Below the pieces are notes generated by a model, which did not search any database, was not told the DNA's origin, and saw only the letters and a program-made list of their open reading frames with translations. From Gammaproteobacteria bacterium (GTDB lineage: Bacteria; Pseudomonadota; Gammaproteobacteria; Eutrophobiales; Eutrophobiaceae): 64,000 nucleotides of DNA. Both the position numbers and the translations under genes were made by a program. Below are positions 1 through 10,600 of this stretch, piece after piece (the stretch's first letter is position 1; each line of letters starts with the position of its first letter). Location of the stretch: assembly GCA_965205955.1 (NCBI GenBank), contig OZ242192.1, positions 1,541,118-1,605,117 on the forward strand, given 5' to 3'.

Positions 1-1
1 A

Positions 2-526
2 CACTGGTATCGTCTCGCTATAGCACAGGGAGTGGAGCAGGCGCAAGAACGCTTGGATCAACTCGAAAATAGACTGCCACAGAGCGCCGAGGCCGGGCAG
101 ATGGAGGCTGGGGAGGATGCTGGCGCTGCTCCACCGGCTGTTATGGAGGAGCGTGTTGTTATGGAGCAAGCCGATATTCAGCAGCCTGACAGCGCTCCGT
201 CCGCTTCCCCCATTACAGATGCAGGCAGTCTATCCGATATGACGGAGTGGGTGAAGCGGCAACCGTCCGATTCCTATACCCTGCAATTAGCCAGTAGCAG
301 GACCGAGGCAGGCGCACGCGGTATTATCAACAGGTACTCATGGGAAGAACAGATCGTGTACGTCAAGGTGCGAATCAAGGGAGATATTCTCTATAACGTG
401 CTGTATGGCAGCTACTCCAGCGTTTCCCAGGCAAAACAACAGGTTGCTTCTTTGCCCGTTGTCCTTCAGAAAAACAAGCCCTGGCCAAGGAATTTCAGCG
501 GACTGCTGGCATTGCTGGCTGAATGA
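2..526 (+). CDS. SPOR-domain protein, C-terminal part (DamX-like); ORF open to window start
   Basis: C-terminal ~80 aa (SYTLQLASSRTEAGARGIINRY...YNVLYGSYSSVSQAKQQVASLP) fit the SPOR peptidoglycan-binding fold pattern. Frame is open back to position 2, so the N-terminus lies outside the window. Confidence 0.5.
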   Translation, partial: HWYRLAIAQGVEQAQERLDQLENRLPQSAEAGQMEAGEDAGAAPPAVMEERVVMEQADIQQPDSAPSASPITDAGSLSDMTEWVKRQPSDSYTLQLASSRTEAGARGIINRYSWEEQIVYVKVRIKGDILYNVLYGSYSSVSQAKQQVASLPVVLQKNKPWPRNFSGLLALLAE

Positions 527-546
527 ATTTCAGCGAAAGATAGCTA

Positions 547-1149
547 TTACTCCGCCTGCTCTTCGCCTTCCATTGCTATTCGCGTGGCGCGCAGGATGAG
601 GATATCCTCTTTGGGGACATCAGCATGCGGTCCTGCCCGGCCAGTCGGCGCGGCTACGATGGCATCTGCTACTTCCATTCCTTCTTTGACTTGACCAAAC
701 ACTGCGTAGCCCCAATTGGCTTCCGGAGAGACATGATCGAGAGAGTCATTATCGTCAACATTGATGAAAAATTGTGCCGTAGCCGAATGCGGGTCTGCGG
801 TGCGAGCCATGGCCAGAGAACCGCGCTTATTTTTCAGGCCATTGCCGGCTTCATTTGGGATCGGGTCACGAGTGGTCGGGCGATCTTTCATGCCCGGTTC
901 AAATCCGCCTGCCTGGATCATAAAGCCGGGGATCACCCGGTGGAAGAGTAAACCGTCATAATACCCCGATTCAACGTAGTGCAAAAAGTTCTCCACGGAT
1001 TTCGGGGCCTTGTCAGGAAATAACTCGGCAACAATATTGCCCTGGTTTGTTTCAAATTGAATCATAATAGTCTCATCCGCAATTAAAGGTCTTGTGTAAA
1101 AGAATGCCAGCAGTATAACTGTCGGCCATAGTAAAAATTTTCTCATCAT
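547..1149 (-). CDS. ppiA: periplasmic cyclophilin-type peptidyl-prolyl cis-trans isomerase
   Basis: Signal peptide, then cyclophilin motifs [14 protein letters not shown] and NGSQFFI-like (ATAQFFINV). Confidence 0.85.
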   Translation of the reverse strand: MMRKFLLWPTVILLAFFYTRPLIADETIMIQFETNQGNIVAELFPDKAPKSVENFLHYVESGYYDGLLFHRVIPGFMIQAGGFEPGMKDRPTTRDPIPNEAGNGLKNKRGSLAMARTADPHSATAQFFINVDDNDSLDHVSPEANWGYAVFGQVKEGMEVADAIVAAPTGRAGPHADVPKEDILILRATRIAMEGEEQAE

Positions 1150-1218
1150 TATTCTGCTCCTGTTTGGTTAAAATTGTCAGTGCCGGGCATATTCCGCAAA
1201 CGATTATTCAGCCGTTAC

Positions 1219-3837
1219 TTACCCAATGACCGTGACCGGAATATCTCCCAGTTTTGCTTTCACCGCTTGCGCGCTTTTCTGAAAAGATTCGATTTCATCG
1301 AAATTCAAATAACGGTATACATCGGTCGACATTGTATCAATATCTTTGGCAAACTCCATATATTCTTTCATAGTCGGGATATGACCAAGTATTGAAGATA
1401 CCGCGGCAATTTCGGCAGAAGCCAGAAATACATTGGCGCTATCGCCGAGACGATTAGCGAAATTGCGTGTTGAGGTCGATACCACAGTCGAACCGGGCGC
1501 AACTCTGGCCTGGTTTCCCATGCACAGGGAGCATCCGGGCATTTCGGTTCTGGCGCCGACCCTGCCAAAAATGCTGTAATACCCTTCCTCCATCAGTTGA
1601 TATTGATCCATCTTTGTAGGAGGAGCAATCCAAAGCCGGGTCGGAATTGTAGTTTGTATCTTTTCCAACATTTTCCCGGCCGCACGGAAATGACCGATAT
1701 TGGTCATGCATGAACCGATGAATATCTCTTCCACCTGGGTGCCGGCCACCTCTGATAACGGCTTTATATCATCCGGGTCATTCGGGCATGCCAGCAACGG
1801 CTCCTTTACCTGATCGAGATCTATCTCAAAGATCTTTGCATATTCGGCATCCGGATCCGGTTGCATAAGCGCCGGGTTTGACAGCCATTCTTCCATCGCA
1901 CATGCGCGTCGTTCCAGGGTTCTGCTGTCCCCATACCCTTCACTGATCATCCAGCGCAATAAAGTGATATTCGATTGCAGGTATTCGCTAATGGGTTCTT
2001 TATCCAGGCGGATAGTACACCCACCGGAGGAACGTTCCGCACTGGCATCCGAGAATTCAAATGCCTGTTCACACTTGAGACTGGGCAACCCTTCTATTTC
2101 CAGGATGCGGCCGGAAAATATATTTTTTTTCCCTCGTTTTGGAAGCGTCAGATCGCCGGTTTGTAGCGCCGCATAAGGGATAGCATTAACCAGATCGCGC
2201 AAATTAATTCCGGGCTGCAATTCACCCTTGAAGCGCACCAGCACGGATTCGGGCATGTCCAGCGGCATCACACCTGTGGCGGCGGCGAATGCAACAAGGC
2301 CGGAGCCGGCCGGGAAAGAGATGCCGATAGGAAAGCGCGTATGTGAATCGCCGCCTGTGCCTACGGTATCGGGCAGCAACATGCGGTTCAACCAGGAATG
2401 GATAATGCCGTCGCCTGGCCGCAATGCGATCCCGCCGCGTGTTCGGATAAAATCGGGCAGGGTATGATGAGTATTGACATCGACCGGTTTTGGATAGGCT
2501 GCGGTATGGCAGAACGACTGTATGATCAGATCGGCGGAAAAACCAAGACAGGCCAGATCCTTTAATTCATCCCGGGTCATCGGCCCCGTAGTATCTTGTG
2601 AACCCACGGTAGTCATTCTTGGTTCGCAATATGTGCCGGGACGAACCCCTTCCATTCCACAGGCCCGTCCTACCATTTTTTGCGCCAGAGTGTATCCCTT
2701 GCTTGTCTCATCGGCGGCAACGGATTGTATGAACAGGGCGCTTTCCCCCTTATTCAGCGCTTCACGTGCCCGGCCGGTCAATCCGCGACCTATGATCAAC
2801 GGAATGCGCCCGCCGGCTCGGACCTCATCCAGTATAGTATCCGTCTTCAATGAGAACGTGCACAGAACCTCTTCGCTTTCATGGTTTTTAATGACGCCCT
2901 CGTGCGGGTAGATATCGATACTATCACCCATGTTGATTTTTTCGACATCGCATTCAATAGGCAGGGCGCCCGCATCCTCCATGGTATTGAAAAAGATAGG
3001 CGCGATCTCGCCGCCGATACACACACCGCCATTGCGTTTATTCGGAATGAACGGAATGTCATTGCCGATATGCCAGAGCACTGAATTTGTCGCGGATTTT
3101 CTGGAAGAGCCGGTACCGACAACATCACCGACATAGGCCAGTGGAAAGCCTTTTTGTTTTAATGATGTAATTGATTTTATTGGGCCTATTTGTCCGATTT
3201 TGTCGGGTTCAATGCCCTCACGCTGCATCTTTAACATGGACAGCGCGTGTAATGGAATGTCCGGCCGTGACCAGGCATCGGGAGCGGGAGAGAGATCATC
3301 GGTATTCGATTCTCCGGGCACCTTGAAAACAGTAACGGTTATTTTGTCGGGAACAGCCGGCTTACTTGAAAACCACTCACCATCAGCCCAGGACTGCATG
3401 ATCTGTTTGGCATGGGTGTTGCCCTGATCGATTTTTTCTTTTACATCATGGAATGAATCGAACATCAATAACGTATGCGAGAGCGCATTGACTGCAATTG
3501 GCGCCAACTGCTCCTTATCCAGGCATTCGATTAATGTAACAATGTTGTATCCGCCTGACATCGTTCCGAGCAACTGAATTGCTTTTACCTGATCTATCAG
3601 CGGTGAAGACACTTCGCCTTTGGCGACCGCGGCAAGAAAGCCGGCTTTGATATACGCTGCTTCATCCACCCCCGGCGGGACGCGGTCGCTTAACAGACCG
3701 AGTATAAATTCTTCTTCACCCGCAGGTGGATTTTTCAATAGCTCTACCAGCGCGGCGCACTGTTCCGCGTCTAATGGTTTGGGGGCGATACCAAGCCCAT
3801 CCCGCTCTTTTACATGTTCGCGATAGGTTTCCAGCAT
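1219..3837 (-). CDS. acnB: aconitate hydratase B (bifunctional aconitase 2 / 2-methylisocitrate dehydratase)
   Basis: 872 aa. The N-terminus (MLETYREHVKERDGLGIAPKPLDAEQ) and overall length match AcnB. Fe-S ligand cysteines are present. Confidence 0.9.
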   Translation of the reverse strand: MLETYREHVKERDGLGIAPKPLDAEQCAALVELLKNPPAGEEEFILGLLSDRVPPGVDEAAYIKAGFLAAVAKGEVSSPLIDQVKAIQLLGTMSGGYNIVTLIECLDKEQLAPIAVNALSHTLLMFDSFHDVKEKIDQGNTHAKQIMQSWADGEWFSSKPAVPDKITVTVFKVPGESNTDDLSPAPDAWSRPDIPLHALSMLKMQREGIEPDKIGQIGPIKSITSLKQKGFPLAYVGDVVGTGSSRKSATNSVLWHIGNDIPFIPNKRNGGVCIGGEIAPIFFNTMEDAGALPIECDVEKINMGDSIDIYPHEGVIKNHESEEVLCTFSLKTDTILDEVRAGGRIPLIIGRGLTGRAREALNKGESALFIQSVAADETSKGYTLAQKMVGRACGMEGVRPGTYCEPRMTTVGSQDTTGPMTRDELKDLACLGFSADLIIQSFCHTAAYPKPVDVNTHHTLPDFIRTRGGIALRPGDGIIHSWLNRMLLPDTVGTGGDSHTRFPIGISFPAGSGLVAFAAATGVMPLDMPESVLVRFKGELQPGINLRDLVNAIPYAALQTGDLTLPKRGKKNIFSGRILEIEGLPSLKCEQAFEFSDASAERSSGGCTIRLDKEPISEYLQSNITLLRWMISEGYGDSRTLERRACAMEEWLSNPALMQPDPDAEYAKIFEIDLDQVKEPLLACPNDPDDIKPLSEVAGTQVEEIFIGSCMTNIGHFRAAGKMLEKIQTTIPTRLWIAPPTKMDQYQLMEEGYYSIFGRVGARTEMPGCSLCMGNQARVAPGSTVVSTSTRNFANRLGDSANVFLASAEIAAVSSILGHIPTMKEYMEFAKDIDTMSTDVYRYLNFDEIESFQKSAQAVKAKLGDIPVTVIG

Positions 3838-3932
3838 GATATATCTCTCCGGTTATAATTTAGATACCAATATCAGTATACAAAGATCTCTGAAAATAGC
3901 CAGATCAAATCTGGGCTGCCTTGATCGAATAC

Positions 3933-5027
3933 TTAGGCAGTCGTATCTATAACACCTCCGCCAAGACAGCTATCCTGTTGATAGAAAACAATAAATTGTC
4001 CGGGTGTAACGGCTCTCTGCTTATTTTTAAACGAGACAAAATAACGGCCGTTTTCCATCCCTTCGATGACGCAACTCTGATCCTTCTGCCGGTAGCGGAT
4101 TTTTGCCGAGCAGTGAAAAGGCATACAGGGGATCTCATCCGAGACCCAGCGCATATCAGATGCGGTCAATGCCCGGCTATACAGTAAGGGGTGGTCATGA
4201 TCCTGGGCCACGATTAATTCATTTGCATCAGTATTTTTCCGCACCACATACCAGGGCGAGTCGGTGGCGTCCTTGATGCCGCCCACCCGTAATCCCCGGC
4301 GCTGGCCAAGGGTGTAATAAAATACGCCCTGATGCTCGCCTATGCGAATACCTTCGGTAGTCTTGATCAGGCCGGGGAGGGGGGGGAGATACTGACTCAA
4401 AAACCGGCGGAAGGGCTGCTCGCCGATAAAACAAATGCCGGTACTGTCTTTTTTGCTGTGAGTAATCAACTCTGCTTGTGCCGCACGGTTTCGGACTTCC
4501 GGTTTCTCCAGTTCACCAATTGGAAACAGGGCCTTTGCCAATTGTGCCTGGTTTAGCCGGCACAGAAAATAACTCTGATCTTTATTCTTATCCCGGCCCT
4601 TCAGTAGCTGGCGCACACCGTTTTCTCTGGCGATACGGGCGTAATGTCCGGTGGCAATTTGATCGGCGCCCAGGGTTTCGGCATATTCCAGAAATGCCTT
4701 GAATTTAATCTCCTGATTGCAGAGCACATCGGGGTTGGGGGTGCGTCCGTTTTTATATTCGGACAGGAAATGATTAAATACCCTGTTCCGATAGACAGAC
4801 GAAAGATCGACCGTGTTCAGAGGGATGTCAAGTTTGTCGCAAACCTGCATCGCATCTTCCACGTCCGATTCCCACGTACATTCGCTGTTTTCCGCAGGGT
4901 CATTCCAGTTTTTCATGAATAGCGCCTCCACCCGGTAACCACGCTCTTTCAGCAGCATCGCGGCGACGGAGGAATCCACGCCGCCGGAAATAGCGACAAT
5001 GATTTTATTGTCTGTTTGCCGGGTCAT
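3933..5027 (-). CDS. mnmA: tRNA-specific 2-thiouridylase
   Basis: PP-loop SGGVDSSV at the N-terminus and a 364-aa length typical of MnmA. Confidence 0.9.
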   Translation of the reverse strand: MTRQTDNKIIVAISGGVDSSVAAMLLKERGYRVEALFMKNWNDPAENSECTWESDVEDAMQVCDKLDIPLNTVDLSSVYRNRVFNHFLSEYKNGRTPNPDVLCNQEIKFKAFLEYAETLGADQIATGHYARIARENGVRQLLKGRDKNKDQSYFLCRLNQAQLAKALFPIGELEKPEVRNRAAQAELITHSKKDSTGICFIGEQPFRRFLSQYLPPLPGLIKTTEGIRIGEHQGVFYYTLGQRRGLRVGGIKDATDSPWYVVRKNTDANELIVAQDHDHPLLYSRALTASDMRWVSDEIPCMPFHCSAKIRYRQKDQSCVIEGMENGRYFVSFKNKQRAVTPGQFIVFYQQDSCLGGGVIDTTA

Positions 5028-5188
5028 GGAAAATCGTTGAGCAGATTGAGTGAGTGCTTATTTGCGTTGCTTGTCGGCGGATTAGGTTGCTTGATCATGG
5101 ATACATTGTTCTTTATTATACTCATTAGTATTTGATTATAACTGCTTTGTTTTAGGCAACCATCACATATCAAGGTGCGAGAATTACC

Positions 5189-5563
5189 ATGGCAACAACT
5201 ATCTTATTTCTCATCGGCACATTTGCTTTCATCATTTGGCCAACAAAGATGGTAGCCGGGTGGTTTGGCGCCGAAAAAACCGGATATGGATCGGTTATCT
5301 TTGCCTTGTTCCTTGAGATACTTTTTATGTTGCCTGCCCTGTTCCTTTTCATTCCGCTCGCATTTCTTGGTCCTGGCGGTGTTGTCGTTATTGTTGTCAT
5401 CTACTTGTATGCGATAGGGAAGGCCTGTTCCATTGCATTGAGCACTCCATTCTGGAATGGTTTGTGGATCGCGATTGCTGCCTGGATATTCGGTATTGTG
5501 TTACAGTTGATGTTTGAATTGATCTTTGATTTCAGTTTGTTCCCGGAAGGAACAGAAATTTGA
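5189..5563 (+). CDS. hypothetical polytopic membrane protein
   Basis: 124-aa ORF with 3-4 hydrophobic helices, directly upstream of the Mrp-like genes. Confidence 0.4.
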   Translation: MATTILFLIGTFAFIIWPTKMVAGWFGAEKTGYGSVIFALFLEILFMLPALFLFIPLAFLGPGGVVVIVVIYLYAIGKACSIALSTPFWNGLWIAIAAWIFGIVLQLMFELIFDFSLFPEGTEI

Positions 5564-6092
5564 CTGCCTTAGCAATTACCGCTCCTACTTAAGATGTTTA
5601 AAGGATTCTCATAAATTGCACATCTTCGGTCTGACAATTTTTTTCATGGTCATCTGGCTGCTGTTATCTGGGCACTACACCTTGATGCTTGTCGGTTTGG
5701 GGATCGCTTCAGTCCTGCTGGTTATAGCGATCTCGATTCGCATGGAGATTGTGGACAGAGAAGGGCAGGGCACTCACGTGAATTTTATCCGTTTGGCAAA
5801 ATATCTGGTTTGGCTGTTAAAGGAAATCATAAAGGCAAACATCGATGTTTGTTTGCGGATTGTCAGGCCGTCCATGCCTATCAGCCCGACCTTGCTAACG
5901 ATCCAATCCCTGCAAAAGACCGATTTTGGCCGGGTGGTTTATGCCAATTCAATTACTTTGACCCCGGGCACGATCTCAATCAATATCGATGCTGACAAAA
6001 TAGCAGTGCATGCGCTTACCCTTGAAGCCGCTGATCAATTAAAGCAGGGTGAGATGAACAGCCGGGCTGCCACAATAGAGTCAGGCCGGTGA
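5526..6092 (+). CDS. mrpE: Mrp/Mnh-type cation:proton antiporter subunit E (MbhA-like). The real start is probably the internal ATG at 5646.
   Basis: Conserved MrpE core (LLLSGHYTL..., TLTPGTISINIDAD...). The annotated ORF start overlaps the upstream gene. Confidence 0.6.
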   Translation: MISVCSRKEQKFDCLSNYRSYLRCLKDSHKLHIFGLTIFFMVIWLLLSGHYTLMLVGLGIASVLLVIAISIRMEIVDREGQGTHVNFIRLAKYLVWLLKEIIKANIDVCLRIVRPSMPISPTLLTIQSLQKTDFGRVVYANSITLTPGTISINIDADKIAVHALTLEAADQLKQGEMNSRAATIESGR

Positions 6093-6379
6093 TGTACACA
6101 ATCCCGATGATTGCGATATTACTGGCAATGTTGTTGGTGCTGTTCCGCGCGATGATCGGCGAGACTATATATGACAAAATTCTTGCGGTGAATGTATTTG
6201 GCACGATAACGGTATTGTTTATTACCGTCTTTGGTTTCCTGACCGGGCGGCCCGAATTTCTCGATATCTCCCTGGTATATGCCCTGATTAATTTCATCGT
6301 CACGGTAGCCGTTCTCAAATTTTTCGAGTATAGAGACATGGGAAAAGGGGCTTATGATGAAGAAGGATCGGAGATATGA
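6089..6379 (+). CDS. mrpF: Mrp/Mnh antiporter subunit F
   Basis: 96-aa, 3-TM small subunit whose start overlaps the mrpE stop, in an E-F-G order. Confidence 0.7.
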   Translation: MMYTIPMIAILLAMLLVLFRAMIGETIYDKILAVNVFGTITVLFITVFGFLTGRPEFLDISLVYALINFIVTVAVLKFFEYRDMGKGAYDEEGSEI

Positions 6380-6696
6380 TAATTGACGCGCTATCGTTAA
6401 TCAGCCTTGTTTCCGGCAGCATTGTATTGCTGATTGGCACGATTGGCATTTTGCGAATGCCGGATTTTTATACGCGGCTGCATGCGGCAAGTGTCATTGA
6501 CACCTTAGGCGTGATGCTGATTATTTTAGGTCTGCTATTGCAGGCGGGGCCGTCGTTGATCGGTATAAAATTGATTTTGGTATTGGTTGTTCTGCTGGTC
6601 ACATCGCCGGTCGCAGCCCATGCGCTGGCGAAATCCGCATTGCATGGCCAATTGAAGCCAAAGTTATCGGATGATTGCAATGATCCTGTTCATTAA
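6376..6696 (+). CDS. mrpG: Mrp/Mnh antiporter subunit G
   Basis: MnhG-like N-terminus (MIIDALSLISLVSGSIVLLIGTIGILRMPDFYTRLHAAS). Translationally coupled to mrpF. Confidence 0.75.
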   Translation: MIIDALSLISLVSGSIVLLIGTIGILRMPDFYTRLHAASVIDTLGVMLIILGLLLQAGPSLIGIKLILVLVVLLVTSPVAAHALAKSALHGQLKPKLSDDCNDPVH

Positions 6697-7213
6697 TTTT
6701 ATACTTTTTATCACATTGATATTGACCGCACTTGCGATAGAAAGGCAGAAAAATTTATTTGCCAGTACCATGCTGATGGGGATCTTCAGTTTTCTGTGCG
6801 CCTCATTGTTTGTGTGCATGGATGCGGTTGATGTTGCCTTTACCGAAGCGGCGGTAGGTGCGGGAATAGCAACATTTTTATTTTTGGGCACACTGGCTTC
6901 TACAAATTATGAAGAAAAACGCTCCTCGGTTAACAGATTGCCCGCCCTGTTGATAGTCACTGTCACGGGCTTGTTATTGTTATATGGTCTCAGCGATATA
7001 CCTCGTTTTGGAGAGCCCGGTGCGCCGGTGCATCAGCATGTATCGCCCAGATATTTACTCGATTCCAGTGATGAAATTGGCATTCCTAACGCGGTCACCT
7101 CCGTATTGGCAAGCTACCGAGGCTATGATACCTTGGGCGAGGTGGCGGTAGTTTTTACGGCGCTTGTCGGGGTGCTGATGTTGCTTGGGCGCGGTAAAAA
7201 AATGCCCGACTAA
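6671..7213 (+). CDS. DUF4040-type membrane protein (MrpA C-terminal / MbhD-like piece)
   Basis: Hydrophobic 180-aa protein placed before MrpB, matching the Mbh/Mrp 'D-E' split arrangement. Confidence 0.55.
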   Translation: MIAMILFINFILFITLILTALAIERQKNLFASTMLMGIFSFLCASLFVCMDAVDVAFTEAAVGAGIATFLFLGTLASTNYEEKRSSVNRLPALLIVTVTGLLLLYGLSDIPRFGEPGAPVHQHVSPRYLLDSSDEIGIPNAVTSVLASYRGYDTLGEVAVVFTALVGVLMLLGRGKKMPD

Positions 7214-7643
7214 CCGATTAGTAATTCAAGACATGGAACATCATCTAGTACTGCGCATTATTGCCAAACTGCTGATCCCTTTGATTCTGCTGTTTGGCTT
7301 ATACGTGCAGTTTCACGGCGATTACGGTCCCGGCGGCGGTTTTCAGGCCGGAGTGATCTTTGCCTCGGGGTTTGTTCTGTATTCGCTGATATTCGGCATC
7401 GACAATATCCGCAAGGTTGTGCATCCTTCCTGGATCAGGAGCCTGGCGGCCGTCGGTCTGTTGCTGTACGTGGCAGTCGGGCTGGTGTGCATGGTGAACG
7501 GTGGAAACTTCCTGAGTTATAATTTTCTTTCCGAAAATAATATAGACGGCCAGCATCTCGGCATATTTCTGATAGAGCTTGGTGTGGGAATGACGGTAGC
7601 ATCAACGATGATCATGCTGTTTTATGTCTTTGCGCGCCCTTGA
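7185..7643 (+). CDS. mrpB: Mrp/Mnh antiporter subunit B (MbhE-like)
   Basis: Motif HGDYGPGGGFQAGVIFASG matches the conserved MnhB core (HG..PGGGFQGG). Confidence 0.7.
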   Translation: MGAVKKCPTNRLVIQDMEHHLVLRIIAKLLIPLILLFGLYVQFHGDYGPGGGFQAGVIFASGFVLYSLIFGIDNIRKVVHPSWIRSLAAVGLLLYVAVGLVCMVNGGNFLSYNFLSENNIDGQHLGIFLIELGVGMTVASTMIMLFYVFARP

Positions 7644-7644
7644 A

Positions 7645-10600
7645 TCAATGTGCGAGATTCTTAATCCCCTGGGTTTCGTTTTCCTGAATTTCGTTTTTGA
7701 TTCTGACAGGTTCCACCACCGGGTTATCCCAGCTTCCGGTAATCGTGTACCGGTGACTCAGCAGTTTATTCAACTGTTTCGGGACGACGTCGAATAATTT
7801 TCCGGCAATGAACAGGCCGGCGCCCACTCCGGTTCCGAGCCCCAGCAGGGTGGCGCCGGCGAGAGGCAGAGTATCGGATATCTTCAAGGTAACAACGGCA
7901 GATTGGTCATAATCTTTGGTCGATAGTCCGGTACGTCCGCTAATTGCTATCTCGGCAGACACCCCCTGCATGATTAGCCCGTCTGTATAGGCGTTGCCGT
8001 GCTCCAGATTGAAACTGCCGTTAATGCTGTTGAAGGCAAACCCCTTGCCGAATATATCGGAAAAATCCAGGGACAGGCGGCGGGGCAGGGTGTGCAGGCT
8101 GAGCAGACCAAATAAACGGCTCGTGGTAGAACTCATATCCAGCAGCTTTCCTCTGCCTATATCTACTTGCATGACACCATCGAGCTTGCTGAGTGAGAAA
8201 TCCATCGGCGTCCCGTCCCAGTTTGCCTCCAAGGCCACAGATAGTTCGCCTTCTTCTATACTGGAATCAGGATAGCCGTATTCATTCAGCATGGCGCCGA
8301 TATCCGCTGCATACATATCGAAATTGAATACGGAGATGGATATATTTTTATCCGGATCTTTATGCCAGGTTCCTGTTCCGCTAATAACCACACTTGCCTT
8401 ACTGAGTGACAATTCTTCAAATTTTATTCCCTTGTCGATCTTGCTGGCCTTGATATCCACCTTGCCGAAATCGATATTATCGTAGATAAGAGTATCGATC
8501 TCTATTGTAAATGCAGGCAGGGAATCCGGGGAAAGATCGATTTTACTCTCCTCATCAGAGGCATTCTTGCTCAAGACAAGACGTTCAATATCGACCGTCG
8601 CCGGTGGCCCCAACGGGGTATCGGGTAGAAATACCTCTCCCCGGACACTCTCGCCACCCAGCCCTATTTTATGACCGTCGGGAACCGAGGAAACAGACAG
8701 TTCAACATTATTGAATTCATTGCCCAGAAAGAAAAGTGTTGCAACATTTATTGCCGCTTCATACTCCTTGAAGCCGGCGGCATCATCTTTATAGTCAGAG
8801 AGTACTTGCAGCCATTTGCTGACATCCAGTGTTTCGATATTTCCTTCAATGCGCAGTTTGCTGTGCCCGCCTGCTGTTTTCCCGGAAGCGGCGGGTATTT
8901 CCTGAGTGGTATCAATAGAGAGATCGGCATGAGCATCATACTGGAAGCGTATATTGCTTATAATGGATTCACCGAATGTGCCGGCAAACAGCATATTTCT
9001 GGTTTCCGCCTCAGTTTTGCCGAGGGGTGCGGGCAAGTCCAGTCCAAGCCCGCGCATATCGGATGCAAGAGAAAAATCGATGCCATTTTGGGTTTTATGC
9101 AATTCCACAATCCATTCGCATTCACCGCTGATGAGATTTTGCAAATCCGGCATTGCCGGGGTAGCGGCGGGATAGGCGGCTATAATCTGATCGGCAATAA
9201 ATGTATTGTCGGCCCTTCCTTGAAGAGTAAACGTAAAAGGCTGATCCTTTCCAACGTGTATACCTGCTTTAACCGGATGAGAGTAGTAGGTCGCATCCAG
9301 ACCGTTTGCGGTGAAGGAGTTTTCAGTGAAGCCAAGGGAGCCGGTTATATTCTGAAGACTGAACCGCGCGTTGTTCAAGCTAAAATCGGCGTCAACCAAT
9401 GCTATCTTGCCGTCCGCGGCGAGCGATCCATCGTTTGTTTTTTTTAATGGTATATCCAGTTCGAGATCGAACTTCATCTCTCCTCCGACGTTGAAATCAG
9501 CAACAGTGTCCAGTGAAAGCGCCTCCGCAAGCGGGCTTTGTTCAATAAACAATGTGAAATCGTGTATATCTCCGAAAAATTTGCTGTCAATCCGCACATG
9601 AGGACGATCAGCGGCGAAATCATCCACGGACAATTGCCCCCGTTCTATTTTTGTCTCATAAATTTTTCCGGCACTGGGAATCACATCGAGACTGCTATTA
9701 CTAACCAACACTTCGGCATCCACTCCGTCAATCGGCGGCCAACCTTCATAATATTCAACCCCGGCATTTTCAACATCGAATACCGCCTTGAATACCCCCT
9801 CCGATTTTACAAAAGGATAATCCGCTGGTCGGCCTCTGAATACCATTCCGGCGGAATTAATCTCCCCCTGGTAAAACAACCGGCTTAGCCACCCCTTGAG
9901 TTTATCCGGCATCTGTGTGGGCAGGTAATCGCTTATCTTTTCCAGTTTAACCTTGCCTGAGGACGCGACAATATCTACAAAAGGCGATGCCTGATCCGCG
10001 TGGAAACTCAAAGAACCCGATAGGTTGATTGGAAAATCCGAGGTGTTTACTTGAAACCGTGGAATTTCAAGCTTGTTGAAAGCATCGAATTTCTTCCAGT
10101 TGAAACGTCCCGTTATTGCAGAAAACCAGATTGGATCATCAAGATAGGAGGGCGCCTCGATGGTGACAAATTCGGAGTCGATAGTAGCCGATATTTGCTC
10201 GGCGTTGCCTGAGAGATTTCCGGACAGGCCGTAAATGGCCGTATTTGTGCCTTTTTCAATAAAGTCGGATTTTGAGAATGTAGCATGATAATTGAAAAGA
10301 TCGGCAGCTTCGCTGCCAGGGAAATGGGAAATGGTAAAATTCTGCAATGCCCCGCCGATGCGGTAATTATTCAAGAAACTACTAATTGCACTATCTTTCC
10401 GGCTAAAAGCCGACATAAAGTCGGTGGCATCTTCAATATTCAAATATTCAAACCAGGCGGAATAGCCGTAATTCTTCTGTTTATCCCGCTGCAATCGAAT
10501 TGCATAATTCGCCTCCGGCCAGGACCTGTTACCGGTTAGCAATTCCCTGGTATCGACATTGATTGACCAGTCGTCCTCATTGACTCGTTTTGCATAAATA

